Shown: positions 42,612 to 55,758 of the stretch, piece by piece
How the letters are laid out: the number at the start of each line of letters is the position of its first letter
Numbering within the stretch: position 1 is the stretch's first letter
Made by a program: the position numbers and the translations under genes
From: a virus
Taxonomy: Duplodnaviria; Heunggongvirae; Uroviricota; Caudoviricetes
IMG/VR virus record: IMGVR_UViG_2636416131_000001
Location: 1 to 64,000 of that record
Reading direction: 5' to 3' (one strand)
Length of the DNA stretch: 64,000 bases
The notes under the pieces: model-generated
What the model was told of the DNA's origin: nothing
Seen by the model: the letters and a program-made list of their open reading frames with translations, nothing else
The model's database searches: none

Positions 42612-43733
42612 ATGGGCAGTGAAGTATATCAAAGCCAAAAATGCGAACTTAAATATTCGAAATCTCAAATAGAAAAAGCAGCCAGAAAAATTAGACATGG
42701 TTGTGAGGGCGCAGAGCGAGAAGAAGCAATTAAAATGATTCAAAATTTCCGCGAGCTTCATTTATATCCATTGATGCTAATGAAAAATCATCTTGATAGG
42801 GCTGCAAAAAAAGTTGATAAAGAGAATAAGATTATTGTTGCAAGACGCCTAAAAAGACTTAGCACAATAATTGATAAACTGGAGCGTCCAAGTCTTGACG
42901 GCGGCGCAACAAATAATGCAATAGCCCTTACTAGAATGCAGGATATTGGCGGATGTAGAGCTATAGTTAGAAACATCGAACAACTAAAGAAACTAAAAGA
43001 CCGACTAGTTAAAAGTCGCTCCAAGCATAAAATCTTAAAGGAATATGACTATTTAACTCCAAAGCCAAGCGGATATAGTGGCATTCACCTTGCATATAGT
43101 TGTTTTGATGAAGAAAACGGTAACAATCCGTGGAGTAAAACTAAAATCGAAGTACAACTAAGAACAGAACTCCAACATGCTTGGGCAACAAGTCTGGAGA
43201 TAATAGATACACTTGAAAATATTAAGCTGAAAACTTCTAATGAAGGTCACCCTGAGTGGAGAAGATTTTTTTATCTTTCTGGATGCCTAGTTGCTCATGA
43301 TGAAGGTGCCTGTATTCTTGATGATGAAACCATCAAAAATTATCAAACAGAGCTTAAAACATTGGAGGAGGCTTTATCTGTTCGCTCAAAATTAAGTACA
43401 TATACATTTGCAATGAAGCTGACATCAGATGCAAACCTAAAGAAAAGCCTGCCCAAAAACCATAATGGATTCTTTTTGGTGAGGATGAGAAACGCCATAA
43501 CAAAAAATGGCAAGGATACTGGAAAGTTTCTTGTTTCTGTGAAACCTTTTAGGAAAAAAGAATCGGAACAAGCCCTCCAGGAACTTAATAAGGATGATGC
43601 GGATCCTGAAGTATTAATTGCGGTGCTGCTTGCCACTAACAACATTAAATCTCTTAAAAAGGCTTATCCTAACTATTTTGGGTCAACAAATCAGTTCGGG
43701 AGATTCCTTAGCAGACACATTGATACTGTGTAA
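42612..43733 (+). CDS. RelA/SpoT-domain toxSAS fused toxin-antitoxin, CapRel-like
   Basis: Synthetase-fold motifs RMQDIGGCRAIV and KIEVQLRTELQHAWATSLE; 373 aa from ATG with GGA SD; AT-rich relative to backbone; occupies the P1 res/mod position. Confidence 0.6.
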   Translation: MGSEVYQSQKCELKYSKSQIEKAARKIRHGCEGAEREEAIKMIQNFRELHLYPLMLMKNHLDRAAKKVDKENKIIVARRLKRLSTIIDKLERPSLDGGATNNAIALTRMQDIGGCRAIVRNIEQLKKLKDRLVKSRSKHKILKEYDYLTPKPSGYSGIHLAYSCFDEENGNNPWSKTKIEVQLRTELQHAWATSLEIIDTLENIKLKTSNEGHPEWRRFFYLSGCLVAHDEGACILDDETIKNYQTELKTLEEALSVRSKLSTYTFAMKLTSDANLKKSLPKNHNGFFLVRMRNAITKNGKDTGKFLVSVKPFRKKESEQALQELNKDDADPEVLIAVLLATNNIKSLKKAYPNYFGSTNQFGRFLSRHIDTV

Positions 43734-43737
43734 ATTC

Positions 43738-43762
43738 CTATGCCTGGCTTAGCCAGGCATAG
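43738..43762. terminator. 11-bp perfect hairpin between convergent genes
   Basis: CTATGCCTGGC-TTA-GCCAGGCATAG. Confidence 0.45.
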
Positions 43763-43770
43763 CCAAAGAT

Positions 43771-44019
43771 TTAATCAGCATTCAGGAGCAATGCGTTATC
43801 TATGATGATCTGCTCCCATTCTTCGAATGCCCGGTCGCGGACGCCCTGGGGAACGCTGTTAGTTTTGAAATCGACGACCGTACGCCATTTCCCGTCCGGA
43901 CGGTACATGCGCAGAGCTTTACTTCCCCCTTCCCTGCGCACCTCAACGTTATGCTTATCAGCAAACTCTTGTAATGCTCGTAGCGTCCCATGCTTTACTG
44001 TGTAGTATCGCTTTTTCAA
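43771..44019 (-). CDS. lxc: Lxc (Bof) modulator of C1 repression
   Basis: 82 aa, last gene of the darB-ulx-lxc string; length and position as I recall for P1. Confidence 0.65.
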   Translation of the reverse strand: MKKRYYTVKHGTLRALQEFADKHNVEVRREGGSKALRMYRPDGKWRTVVDFKTNSVPQGVRDRAFEEWEQIIIDNALLLNAD

Positions 44020-44456
44020 GTTTTCTCTCCAGCCTGTGCCAAGGCTTCAACTTCCAAATCGTAAGACTCAAACTCATAGTCCTGGTCGTCAACTTCTTCA
44101 GGCACTGGCAGTAAATGCCAGGCTGAGTATATCTGACCATTATCAAAACGCTCCTGGCTGTAGAGCGTCGCGGCTATGAGTGTTAGCGCCGGGCGGTCAT
44201 AACGGTAAATTTTGCGAACGTCACGGTCAACGAGACGACCGAAATTACCATAACCGCGCTCCAGTAATAATTTTTTAATTTCCGGCCAGTATGGACCATA
44301 GCTGCGGTACAGGCGGGGATTTTTCAGTAATCGCCCGCGTAGCCCTGACAGGAAGAAATCAACGTATTCGTCTTCTGTCTTTCCTAACAACGCTGTACGG
44401 AGTACCGCCTCAAGATATGTTTTATTCGGTTTTATTGTATCAGATAGTGTGGCCAT
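44016..44456 (-). CDS. ulx: hypothetical protein upstream of lxc
   Basis: 146 aa; ATGA overlap with lxc. Confidence 0.55.
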   Translation of the reverse strand: MATLSDTIKPNKTYLEAVLRTALLGKTEDEYVDFFLSGLRGRLLKNPRLYRSYGPYWPEIKKLLLERGYGNFGRLVDRDVRKIYRYDRPALTLIAATLYSQERFDNGQIYSAWHLLPVPEEVDDQDYEFESYDLEVEALAQAGEKT

Positions 44457-44489
44457 ATTATGCGACGCCCGGCGAACCGGGCGCTCCTG

Positions 44490-47400
44490 TTATGCGTATT
44501 GTTGGATGACGGCCAGAACGTCCGCCACGTTGTGTTTTGTCTCGATAATCCACCAGTTACCCGGGAAATCGCTGTTCTTCGCCTTCGCTGGCAGCCAGCG
44601 AGCGCCGAATTTCGCCTTGATTGCGTCTTTCGCACGGAAAAGAACGCCTTTCATGCCTGAGGCTTCCTGAAGCCCAAATACCTCGCCAGCGGCGAATTTT
44701 GGTGCGTACATCATCTTCAGGTCGGCGGTGGATACGCGATAATTCAGACCAAGAGACTGAGCTATGCTGGTGGCATCACCCTGTATTGATGATAACTCTT
44801 CTTGTTTCTCGTTTCTGGCGGCAATCTCTTCCTCCGTGATGTTGCCAAGGGCCAGGTTTATCCGATCAGCGTCGGCCTGTTTCTCTTCATCGGTGCGCCC
44901 GGCAAGAACCGTGTTAATTCTCTGCAATATCTCCACATGATTCTTGCGCATGCTGAGCAATTCCGGCGTAACCTCGTTAAGATCCACCAGCCCAAGGATG
45001 GCAAGGTCGGAAAACATTGATACCAGGTTGTAGGTCATGCGATAGCTGAGTTGACCATAGGCTGATGGCAACTTCACCGCATCCATTTGATAGGCATCCA
45101 TAAATTTAGAGCCGTCGTTTACGACATCCGCTATTGCAGGTGTGATTTTCCCTGTGGTGGCGGCCTCCCTGATTGCTGTTACCCACGATTGAGTCAGCGC
45201 GGCGACTGCATGATTCAGATTGGCTTCCCGTTCTGCTGCGATGCGCGCGCTTGCTGCGTCCATTGCCTGCTTGATCTCGGCTTTATTGCTGTAAATGCCA
45301 ATGGTGCCAAACTGTGCTGTGGTGATCTCATAATCTGACGCCCGGAACTCATTGGTACCGAAAATGGCATTGGTGACTTCAAGTTCAGAATCCCCGTTAC
45401 GAGTAGCCCCCTGGCTTGTTTTCTCCGGCATTCTGGCGATCGCATCCGCTATTTTCTCCTGAATTGCTTCAGGGGATAGCGTATCTCCGTATGACGCGAT
45501 TACATCGCCATAATTGGAGCCAAACAGTTCAACCAGGAATGCTTCTGCCGAACGGATCTGGCGGTTATTCCCTTCCGACATCATACCAAGCACCCATTTT
45601 GCAATTGACGACTTCAGCGCGCCGTCACGGCGATCCGGGTAAACCGCATGCTTCAGTGGGTCCGTATAGGTACCAACAAAATCAATGCTATAGCCTGACT
45701 CTGTAGTCTGAACGCCGTATGAGTCAGTGATTTTGATCATGCCGCGCTGCTGGAAACGGTAGAAATCGTCACAGGAAACGATGTCGTTAATCCCGGCGAT
45801 GGAGACGCCACCACTGATTTTCTGCATAACAGCATCTTCATCGGGAGTTACATCAACCTGTTTATCCAGCGTCTTCACATCCCAGTTACCCGATTTGGTG
45901 CCTTTGAAGGTAAAGATGATCTCCACGTCTGCGCGCTGGCTGTCGAAGTCCAGCGACTTAATGCGAACGATATCACCGGCACAATCATAGTATTGGCCTA
46001 CACGCCATGAGCGATCGCCGATAACAAGGAACTCATTCGCATGGTTAACCAGATCAGGATCAACATCCAGAATGCCTTTATTTATTGCATCCTCCACCAG
46101 CGGGCGCAGGCGTTTGATATCCGTCGCGGCCTTCTGAGTACGGTTCAATAATTTCTCATAGCGGGAGATGGCCTGAGAGATATTAGCCTTGCGCTGAATG
46201 GCGCTTTTCAACGACGCGCGATACTGTGCTAACAACATACGGTCTGTGTGATGGACGCTACCCCAGCGGGCTTTCCAGTCTGCGTTATCAGCTGCTTTGG
46301 CCATTACCGCCTGTTTGAATTTGGCGACGTCGGCGGTGGTCTTTTCAAGTTCCGCTTTGCTTCGCTCCAATTCAGCGGTAAGTACCTCCACATCCTCACC
46401 AGCTGCGTGCTGCGCCTTGATGTAGTTCTGAAGGTCGATAGTAGCCTGTTCTTTCTGGCGAGCGCGTTTCGCAGCTTTCGCCTTATCCATTTGAACCTGC
46501 ATCATTGCCAGACGTTCGCCGTCATCCTTCGCGGTATACATCTGCATTTCGATCATATCGTTGGCGTCGGCGTTCTCCATTTCTGACTTATCTGAACGGA
46601 GGATATCGGAGATCCAGCCTGCTTTACGCTTCAGCGTCTTCAGTCGGTATTCATCGAAAGACCCCTTGCCGCAGTAGTAGTGAACGCGAACGCTTGCACG
46701 GTTGGAGCCAACTCGGGCACCGCGACCGTTTCGTTGCGCAATACTGGCTGGAGTCCATGGCAACGTCAGATGATGGATGTCAGTCGTTCCTCGATGCAGG
46801 TTGATACCCACCTCTGCCTTTTTGTTGCAGATGATGATCGGAGTCCGGCCCTCCTGGAAGTCGGCTGCAATCTTTTCCAGACCGCCCAACGACATTTCAT
46901 TTTGCTGCGCGATATAGGCGTCATACAGAGCCATTTGCTCGTTGTATTTCGCTATCTGTGCATCTGTTGGTTCATCCGGTAACTCTTTCGGCGGTTTAAC
47001 CGCTTTCAGTTTCTTACCGGTTTTACCTGCCTCGGCAACCGTCTGAGCATTCAGTATCCCCACCTTTGAAGGTTCAAGGTTAAGAGCATTGCAGATAATG
47101 CGCTTGAGCTTCTGGTGCTGCGTTTTTTCATCGGTGAAGATGATTTGCTTACCTTCCGGGAAAAACTCCTTCAGCGTGGCAATCAGCTTCGCGTATTTGG
47201 GCGTAACGGGGTGAGTTACGGTCTGTTCGTCAATGCCAAACCTGGCCAGGCGCTTATTCACTTCCTGCTCGAACGCTTCCGGAACCTGCAACTGAATAAA
47301 CTCGCCCTTATCTATCAGGGAGTATTGCGATTGCTGCGTGATTGAATCATCACTGTCGTCGTCTTCGCTGGTGGCTTGTTTAGGCAAACTGTCCGCCAGC

Positions 47401-50400
47401 TGCTGCACCGCATCGGCGTACTCCGGCAGGAAACGATAGGTGATCCGGCGATAGTACAGGTCCATGTCAGTACATACGCGGTCCATATCCCTGATTATTG
47501 AGAAGATCGGACGGGCTTTCTCGTGCTCAATCACGCCGTCTTCATTGACCGAGGTCGTTACGCCATTGTTGGCTTTGGCCGCCGCTTCCGCCTGCTGACG
47601 CAATTCTTCATACGCCGCCAGTTGTTCTTCAGTAAGTGGTGCATCCTGCTGGTGTTCGTCCAGCTCCGGGATCTCCACGGTATCCTTAACGTCTTCCGCC
47701 GTTTTAAGCGTTACCCAGCGATGGAATATACCGCGCAGCGCATCAAGGTTTTCAAAGCCCACCAGCGCCATTTTTTCTTCAACTTCACCGCTAATTTTCT
47801 GTACCGTTTCCAGCCTGGTCTTGCCGAAGAATTTAACGAAGTCATCAGGACCGTAGATCCCCATGTTCTGCCAGTATTCCTTCGGCAGAACATGAGAAAG
47901 CATGTTGTATGCATCGATCGGGGTGTTAACGACTGGCGTTGCAGTCAGGAGAACCGGCCCGCGCCCACCATTCTTTTTCATCAGGTACGCGTTTTTAATT
48001 GCCATATCTCGCGCCGATTGCGCCACCGCGCTGGTGGGCAGATAGGCCAGTTGTGACGCTTCGCGACCATTTTTATAGCTATTGCGGTAGTTGTGACCTT
48101 CGTCAGCGATCACACTATCGAAGCCCATATCCTCAAAGTACGGATACTTCTCTGCTTTTTCGGTGCCGGTATCTGAATACTCCGACAATACCCGGCGACG
48201 CGCGGCCTCTTTGCGGTGGGAGTCGGAGTCCATTGCGCTGGCTACGCGTCCGGCGGCAACGAAGTCATAAAGCATATCCTGTGCATGCTCATCTACGGTG
48301 TCATCACGTAGCGGAATGCGGGCGTATTGTTCTTTGGTAAACACGACTGCACGGTAATTTGAGTGCGGGATCGCGTTCATCCGCGCCGTGATAGTGGCTT
48401 CATCTGCCAGCTTAAGAGCATCGCGCATAACTGGAGTGCCATCAGTACCAAGAACAGGTTTACCGTTCTCATCGAGCACCTGCACCTGGCGAATCTGATC
48501 GCCATCCATCAGCACATCAAGACCGACGAACAGGTAGTTACTGAATGCCTCTTCACTCAGGAATTCTTTTGCTTCGTAATACCAGTTTTCCAGCACTGAT
48601 TTAGGCACTACATACGCAGTACGGGTGGAGCGACCGTTCTCATAGTTGAACGCCTCAAGCGCCAGCGCGGTCGTGGTTTTACCCAGCCCGGTGCCGAAGC
48701 CCAGGATGCCGCGCCCATCTTCGGACAGTCGGCGCACCTCGCTATTCTGGTAATCAAATGGCTGGCGCTTACCGCTTAATCCCTTCAACCCAAGCGGATC
48801 GCCAGAGTGTTCATACGGGATATTGCTATTGAACACATCGTTGTATTTAGCAACCAGCTCATCGTAGCGATCGTGCGTCTTGATCCACTTATTGAACTGG
48901 TCCTCAAGCAGTGCCATCTGCTCGCGGTAGCCGTTCGCCGTCGCGCTATCTTTGCCACCGATACGCGCACCATTGAGATACTTTTCCAGCTGTGCCGGGA
49001 ACCCGGTCGCGTTTTCACCTGATTTACGGTCCCACTCGTAGCGGATCTCGCCTGTTTCTTTATCCTTACGCTGGACGACACCGTATCGGTGCCCGACGAA
49101 CAGGCCATCACCACCGTGATAGGTGTCAGAAACCATTTCGTCGCCTTCCAGCTGCACTGACTGCACATAGCGCAGATCCGGATAGCCGTTTTCCTGCAAA
49201 AACTCCAGAATGACGGAACGGTCGAACCAACGGCTATTGAGCTTAAAGCGGATATTCTCTGCTGGCGTCTTGATGCGCTTCTCTTCGATCGCTGCCAGCT
49301 GATTAAGGACGTTGTTCTTTACTGGACCGTCGGGGAGCGTGGCGAGGAATTCCTGTTTTGGAGCCACTATCTCGTTAATGTCGCCGCTGGTGGCGCGGGC
49401 GAACGGAACAATCCCGCCATACGGTGAAACCGCAATGCCAGGGGTGCTGGCCAATAAATTAAGCAACTCGTCATCACTGGCTGGCAGTTCGCCGGTAAAC
49501 GCAAGGCGGAAATCATCGAGCTGGATTGGATCGCGAGTGAGATCACTGTAGAGATAACGCAGGGTGTCCTGATAGCTGGTGGAGTCATAACTGGCGCTGG
49601 AATCATGCGTAACCAGTTTTCCTGTCAGCTCGTCAGAAATAGTGCCATCCAGCTTAATTGCACCACGGAAAGCAAACCAGGCGCGCGCACCGCTCCCCGA
49701 TAATTTCGCTATCGGACCGCGACCGGGGTTACCAAAACGGTCAATCTCTGCCTGCAAACGGAATACCAGAGAAAGGCGCTGCTGTTCGATTTGTTCAGCA
49801 CTATGCCCGGCGGCCTTCATGTCCTGATATTCAATTAACATCCGGCCAATCATCGCCCCGCGATACAAGCGTTCACGGTATTTTTCAGGCTGGCTGTTAA
49901 TCCAGTCCACCAGCTGCACCATATCGTCGCTGATTGATGTGGTGTACTTATCGCGGACATTTGCCATCTGGGTAAATGTCATGCCGAGACGGCCTTCTGT
50001 TGTAGTCAGGTTACGCTGAAGAGCCTCCCAGCTATCCGCGCCATAACTGGCAGCATCGATCTTAAGTTCCTTCCCTGCATCAGCTTCAATCCAGCGACCA
50101 CCAGCATATTTTTGCCATACGCCATTAATCAGGCGCATTTCCCCTTCACCAACAACGTCTGCGGTCGGTGACGGTTCAGCCATATCGAGCAAAGACCAGT
50201 CGATACGGCTTTCGAAACGATGAATCAGCTTCGCTTTAAGAGCCTGGTTATCAATCTGACCGTCGGCACGAACCTCAATACGCCCCTGGAAGCCCTTTTC
50301 CTGGGTGCCATGAACAAACCGGCGGCCGTCCTTTTCAAACCACTTGCCAGAAATAAACGTTGGCCAAAGCACATTTGCCGATTCGAGAGTGCTTTCATCC

Positions 50401-51257
50401 ACCAGGGGGATTTTCTCAGCCATCTCTGCCGGATGTTTGCGCATCAGCACCACATCAACAACTGTACTGGTCCCGTTTGCGTCAAAAGTACCGGTAGGCA
50501 AGCGGTGGGCACCAAGAAATTCAGCTTTCCGTGATAGGCGCAGGCGTAACCGTTTCATGTTTGAACCTGAAACAATGGACGGCGGCACAATCACACACAT
50601 GAATCCGCCAGGTTTTATCTTGTCCAGCATGCGGAGCATGAAGTAAGACCCCATGTCCGTTTCTTCTGCGTAAGGCTTATCGATGTTGCGTGTGTTATCA
50701 CGACCGCCGAACGGAACGTTACCCACAACATGGTCGAATGAATCGTTAGGCGTGTTTATAGCCAGCTGTTCGAACGGGGAAATCTGTACGCTGTCTTCCG
50801 GGTGTAACAACTGGTTTATACGACCGGAAACACTGCTGATCTCAGTCGCGGTCATCACCGTACCAACCGGTTTTGTCTCATTAAAAACGCCGGTTCCCGC
50901 CGATGGTTCCAGAGTGTTACCTACGTCCGCGCCGTAGAGCTTCATGATCTCCCAGACACCTTCAGCGATAGGCTTTGGTGTGTAATATTCGGAGACGGAC
51001 CCGCCAATGCCGCCTTCACCAGTGTACCCGGCCAGGATCTGGCGCTGTTCATCTGTCAGTGTCGCGCCGTCCACCAGCGAATTAAGCAAATCTATCGCCT
51101 TCTGATTCGCCTCCCGGCGCAGTCGGTCATAGCTTTTGCCTTCCACCTTTTCCACGCCGTATTTAATCGGCGCTCGGTGAGATGTTATTGCCCTAATGTA
51201 TTTCAATATTTCGCTGACACTTGAACAGCGAAACACACCAATAGATAGCTTGTTCAT
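44490..51257 (-). CDS. darB: DarB antirestriction protein (methyltransferase plus helicase domains)
   Basis: 2255-aa ORF; N6-MTase-like NVPFGG and helicase motifs GFGTGLGKTT and DEGH (IADEGHNYRN); length matches P1 DarB as I recall. Confidence 0.85.
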   Translation of the reverse strand: MNKLSIGVFRCSSVSEILKYIRAITSHRAPIKYGVEKVEGKSYDRLRREANQKAIDLLNSLVDGATLTDEQRQILAGYTGEGGIGGSVSEYYTPKPIAEGVWEIMKLYGADVGNTLEPSAGTGVFNETKPVGTVMTATEISSVSGRINQLLHPEDSVQISPFEQLAINTPNDSFDHVVGNVPFGGRDNTRNIDKPYAEETDMGSYFMLRMLDKIKPGGFMCVIVPPSIVSGSNMKRLRLRLSRKAEFLGAHRLPTGTFDANGTSTVVDVVLMRKHPAEMAEKIPLVDESTLESANVLWPTFISGKWFEKDGRRFVHGTQEKGFQGRIEVRADGQIDNQALKAKLIHRFESRIDWSLLDMAEPSPTADVVGEGEMRLINGVWQKYAGGRWIEADAGKELKIDAASYGADSWEALQRNLTTTEGRLGMTFTQMANVRDKYTTSISDDMVQLVDWINSQPEKYRERLYRGAMIGRMLIEYQDMKAAGHSAEQIEQQRLSLVFRLQAEIDRFGNPGRGPIAKLSGSGARAWFAFRGAIKLDGTISDELTGKLVTHDSSASYDSTSYQDTLRYLYSDLTRDPIQLDDFRLAFTGELPASDDELLNLLASTPGIAVSPYGGIVPFARATSGDINEIVAPKQEFLATLPDGPVKNNVLNQLAAIEEKRIKTPAENIRFKLNSRWFDRSVILEFLQENGYPDLRYVQSVQLEGDEMVSDTYHGGDGLFVGHRYGVVQRKDKETGEIRYEWDRKSGENATGFPAQLEKYLNGARIGGKDSATANGYREQMALLEDQFNKWIKTHDRYDELVAKYNDVFNSNIPYEHSGDPLGLKGLSGKRQPFDYQNSEVRRLSEDGRGILGFGTGLGKTTTALALEAFNYENGRSTRTAYVVPKSVLENWYYEAKEFLSEEAFSNYLFVGLDVLMDGDQIRQVQVLDENGKPVLGTDGTPVMRDALKLADEATITARMNAIPHSNYRAVVFTKEQYARIPLRDDTVDEHAQDMLYDFVAAGRVASAMDSDSHRKEAARRRVLSEYSDTGTEKAEKYPYFEDMGFDSVIADEGHNYRNSYKNGREASQLAYLPTSAVAQSARDMAIKNAYLMKKNGGRGPVLLTATPVVNTPIDAYNMLSHVLPKEYWQNMGIYGPDDFVKFFGKTRLETVQKISGEVEEKMALVGFENLDALRGIFHRWVTLKTAEDVKDTVEIPELDEHQQDAPLTEEQLAAYEELRQQAEAAAKANNGVTTSVNEDGVIEHEKARPIFSIIRDMDRVCTDMDLYYRRITYRFLPEYADAVQQLADSLPKQATSEDDDSDDSITQQSQYSLIDKGEFIQLQVPEAFEQEVNKRLARFGIDEQTVTHPVTPKYAKLIATLKEFFPEGKQIIFTDEKTQHQKLKRIICNALNLEPSKVGILNAQTVAEAGKTGKKLKAVKPPKELPDEPTDAQIAKYNEQMALYDAYIAQQNEMSLGGLEKIAADFQEGRTPIIICNKKAEVGINLHRGTTDIHHLTLPWTPASIAQRNGRGARVGSNRASVRVHYYCGKGSFDEYRLKTLKRKAGWISDILRSDKSEMENADANDMIEMQMYTAKDDGERLAMMQVQMDKAKAAKRARQKEQATIDLQNYIKAQHAAGEDVEVLTAELERSKAELEKTTADVAKFKQAVMAKAADNADWKARWGSVHHTDRMLLAQYRASLKSAIQRKANISQAISRYEKLLNRTQKAATDIKRLRPLVEDAINKGILDVDPDLVNHANEFLVIGDRSWRVGQYYDCAGDIVRIKSLDFDSQRADVEIIFTFKGTKSGNWDVKTLDKQVDVTPDEDAVMQKISGGVSIAGINDIVSCDDFYRFQQRGMIKITDSYGVQTTESGYSIDFVGTYTDPLKHAVYPDRRDGALKSSIAKWVLGMMSEGNNRQIRSAEAFLVELFGSNYGDVIASYGDTLSPEAIQEKIADAIARMPEKTSQGATRNGDSELEVTNAIFGTNEFRASDYEITTAQFGTIGIYSNKAEIKQAMDAASARIAAEREANLNHAVAALTQSWVTAIREAATTGKITPAIADVVNDGSKFMDAYQMDAVKLPSAYGQLSYRMTYNLVSMFSDLAILGLVDLNEVTPELLSMRKNHVEILQRINTVLAGRTDEEKQADADRINLALGNITEEEIAARNEKQEELSSIQGDATSIAQSLGLNYRVSTADLKMMYAPKFAAGEVFGLQEASGMKGVLFRAKDAIKAKFGARWLPAKAKNSDFPGNWWIIETKHNVADVLAVIQQYA

Positions 51258-51323
51258 TGGTAATCCTTAACAAGTGACTAGTGTTAAATTCCGTTCAAAC
51301 ACGATGCGAATTATTCTAATTAA

Positions 51324-54054
<2,731 letters not shown>

Positions 54055-54060
54055 CCACCA

Positions 54061-54087
54061 AAAATAACCCCGGCGGCTGCCGGGGTT
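54061..54087. terminator. bidirectional hairpin terminator between pro and the lyz string
   Basis: AACCCCGGC-GGCT-GCCGGGGTT with A-run before and T-rich after on the minus strand. Confidence 0.55.
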
Positions 54088-54098
54088 ATCGTTAACTA

Positions 54099-54353
54099 TT
54101 ATCGCCTTCGCCTGCGTGCCATATATTTGCGCACCGCGCGGCGTGGACAATCTGAAGCGGTTTCTTTCTGCTGCATCAATCTTGCAGCCATGCTCAAAAA
54201 TGTCAGGCACAGTCGAAGCCCAGCATACAATAGCGGTTCCAGTGGCCACGTCTCATTGAGCACATATACCGCCATGAAAATCGAGTCGAAAACTATCGCC
54301 GCCAGCGATAACTTCATTGTCGAAAGTCGGCGGAGCTGCCGGAGTTTATTCAT
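54099..54353 (-). CDS. small membrane protein downstream of lyz
   Basis: 84-aa ORF with hydrophobic segments and Arg-rich C-terminus; overlaps the lyz stop by 8 nt. Confidence 0.3.
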   Translation of the reverse strand: MNKLRQLRRLSTMKLSLAAIVFDSIFMAVYVLNETWPLEPLLYAGLRLCLTFLSMAARLMQQKETASDCPRRAVRKYMARRRRR

Positions 54354-54903
54354 TGACCAGTCCCGTCAGGCAAAGCTGGCGTTCTTTTTCACGGCGAATC
54401 TTTAAACCTCGCAGGGGCACGCCGTTACTGTTCACGAAATCAGGGAGATGGTTACACATATTCACCCATTCCCCTTTCTGCGCCCACTTGTGGATGGACG
54501 TTTCTACTCGCATGCCTCGCGCTTTGCTGTAGTAGGTCCGTAAGCTATTGCATCCCATATTGAATGCCGCGCTTGTCATTGCACTGAAGGCATTATCGGG
54601 CATGTCTTTGCCCCGGAAGTGCTGATTAATACAGCGTTCAGCGATCAGGATATTCTTTTCCCAATCAGCGGCGATTTGCTGGTCGTTTTTTCGCACACCC
54701 GGCGTTACCCCGTGTGTATTACCGATCCCGTCAGTCCATACCCCCGCCGGGCACATGTATGGATCACGTCGGCAACCTTCAGCGTTACCAATCAGCTCAA
54801 GCCCCGCCTGGTTGGTTCGCACATTGCCATTACCCATCACGATGGTAATCATCACCGCGATAGCGCAAATTGCACCGCCTCCTGCGGCTGTTTTTCCCTT
54901 CAT
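54346..54903 (-). CDS. lyz: SAR endolysin (T4-lysozyme family)
   Basis: 185 aa from MKGKTAAGGGAICAIAVMITIVMGNGNVRT (Gly/Ala-rich signal-anchor-release domain); matches P1 Lyz as I recall. Confidence 0.85.
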   Translation of the reverse strand: MKGKTAAGGGAICAIAVMITIVMGNGNVRTNQAGLELIGNAEGCRRDPYMCPAGVWTDGIGNTHGVTPGVRKNDQQIAADWEKNILIAERCINQHFRGKDMPDNAFSAMTSAAFNMGCNSLRTYYSKARGMRVETSIHKWAQKGEWVNMCNHLPDFVNSNGVPLRGLKIRREKERQLCLTGLVNE

Positions 54904-55036
54904 AAAGACCTCATAAGCGAATTTTTTACGCTCCAGGACAAACACTCATTCACAGCCAATACCGACTGACTCGATCCCTTTAGAAGGCACAGGATAATGC
55001 AAATCACTTGTTAGCTACGTTTCAAAGATATACATT

Positions 55037-55053
55037 ATTGCTCTAATTAATTT
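55037..55053 (+). promoter_or_regulatory. C1 operator box (16/17) upstream of ssb
   Basis: ATTGCTCTAATTAATTT. Confidence 0.55.
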
Positions 55054-55072
55054 ATTTTATTAGGTAAGATAA

Positions 55073-55561
55073 GTGGCACAACGCGGTGTAAACAAAGTCA
55101 TCCTGATTGGTACCCTGGGGCAAGACCCGGAGATCAGGTATATACCAAATGGCGGAGCGGTCGGAAGACTCAGCATCGCAACGAATGAATCATGGCGCGA
55201 CAAGCAAACGGGCCTACAGAAAGAGCAAACAGAATGGCATAAAGTCGTTTTGTTCGGAAAACTTGCTGAAATTGCGAGTGAGTATTTACGAAAAGGTTCT
55301 CAGGTCTACATCGAAGGGAAACTTAAAACCCGTAAGTGGACAGATGACGCCGGTGTAGAACGTTACACGACGGAAATTATCGTCAGCCAGGGCGGCACCA
55401 TGCAAATGATCGGCGCTCGCCGTGACGATTCACAGTCCTCAAATGGCTGGGGGCAATCAAACCAACCTCAAAACCACCAGCAATACAGTGGTGGCGGTAA
55501 ACCTCAGAGCAACGCCAATAACGAACCTCCAATGGACTTTGACGACGATATTCCGTTTTGA
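55073..55561 (+). CDS. ssb: single-stranded DNA-binding protein
   Basis: GTG start; [10 protein letters not shown]...[10 protein letters not shown] nearly colinear with E. coli SSB including the acidic tail. Confidence 0.9.
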   Translation: MAQRGVNKVILIGTLGQDPEIRYIPNGGAVGRLSIATNESWRDKQTGLQKEQTEWHKVVLFGKLAEIASEYLRKGSQVYIEGKLKTRKWTDDAGVERYTTEIIVSQGGTMQMIGARRDDSQSSNGWGQSNQPQNHQQYSGGGKPQSNANNEPPMDFDDDIPF

Positions 55562-55758
55562 ATGTGTAAAAAACGACTGAAAGAAAAGCGGTGGTCCAGA
55601 CGCCGACAAAAGCACGAACTCGCAAACAAACGCCAAAGTTGGCAATGGCACACGCTTTTCACGAAAAGAACACCCCGAGATATTGCGTTCGCTGGTGGGA
55701 AAACATTCCTGACCCACCTGAAGGCGCAATACATCAGGTTTTAAGCAGAGGAAAGACT

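Noticed and set aside
44621-50937. Numerous 60-180 aa ORFs on both strands inside darB
   Set aside because: All lie within or antisense to the continuous 2255-codon darB frame, which carries clear MTase and helicase motifs.
55591-55758. GTG-initiated 5' extension of the gene at 55759
   Set aside because: The extension begins 30 nt after the ssb stop with no SD, whereas the internal ATG has AGAGGAAAG upstream.
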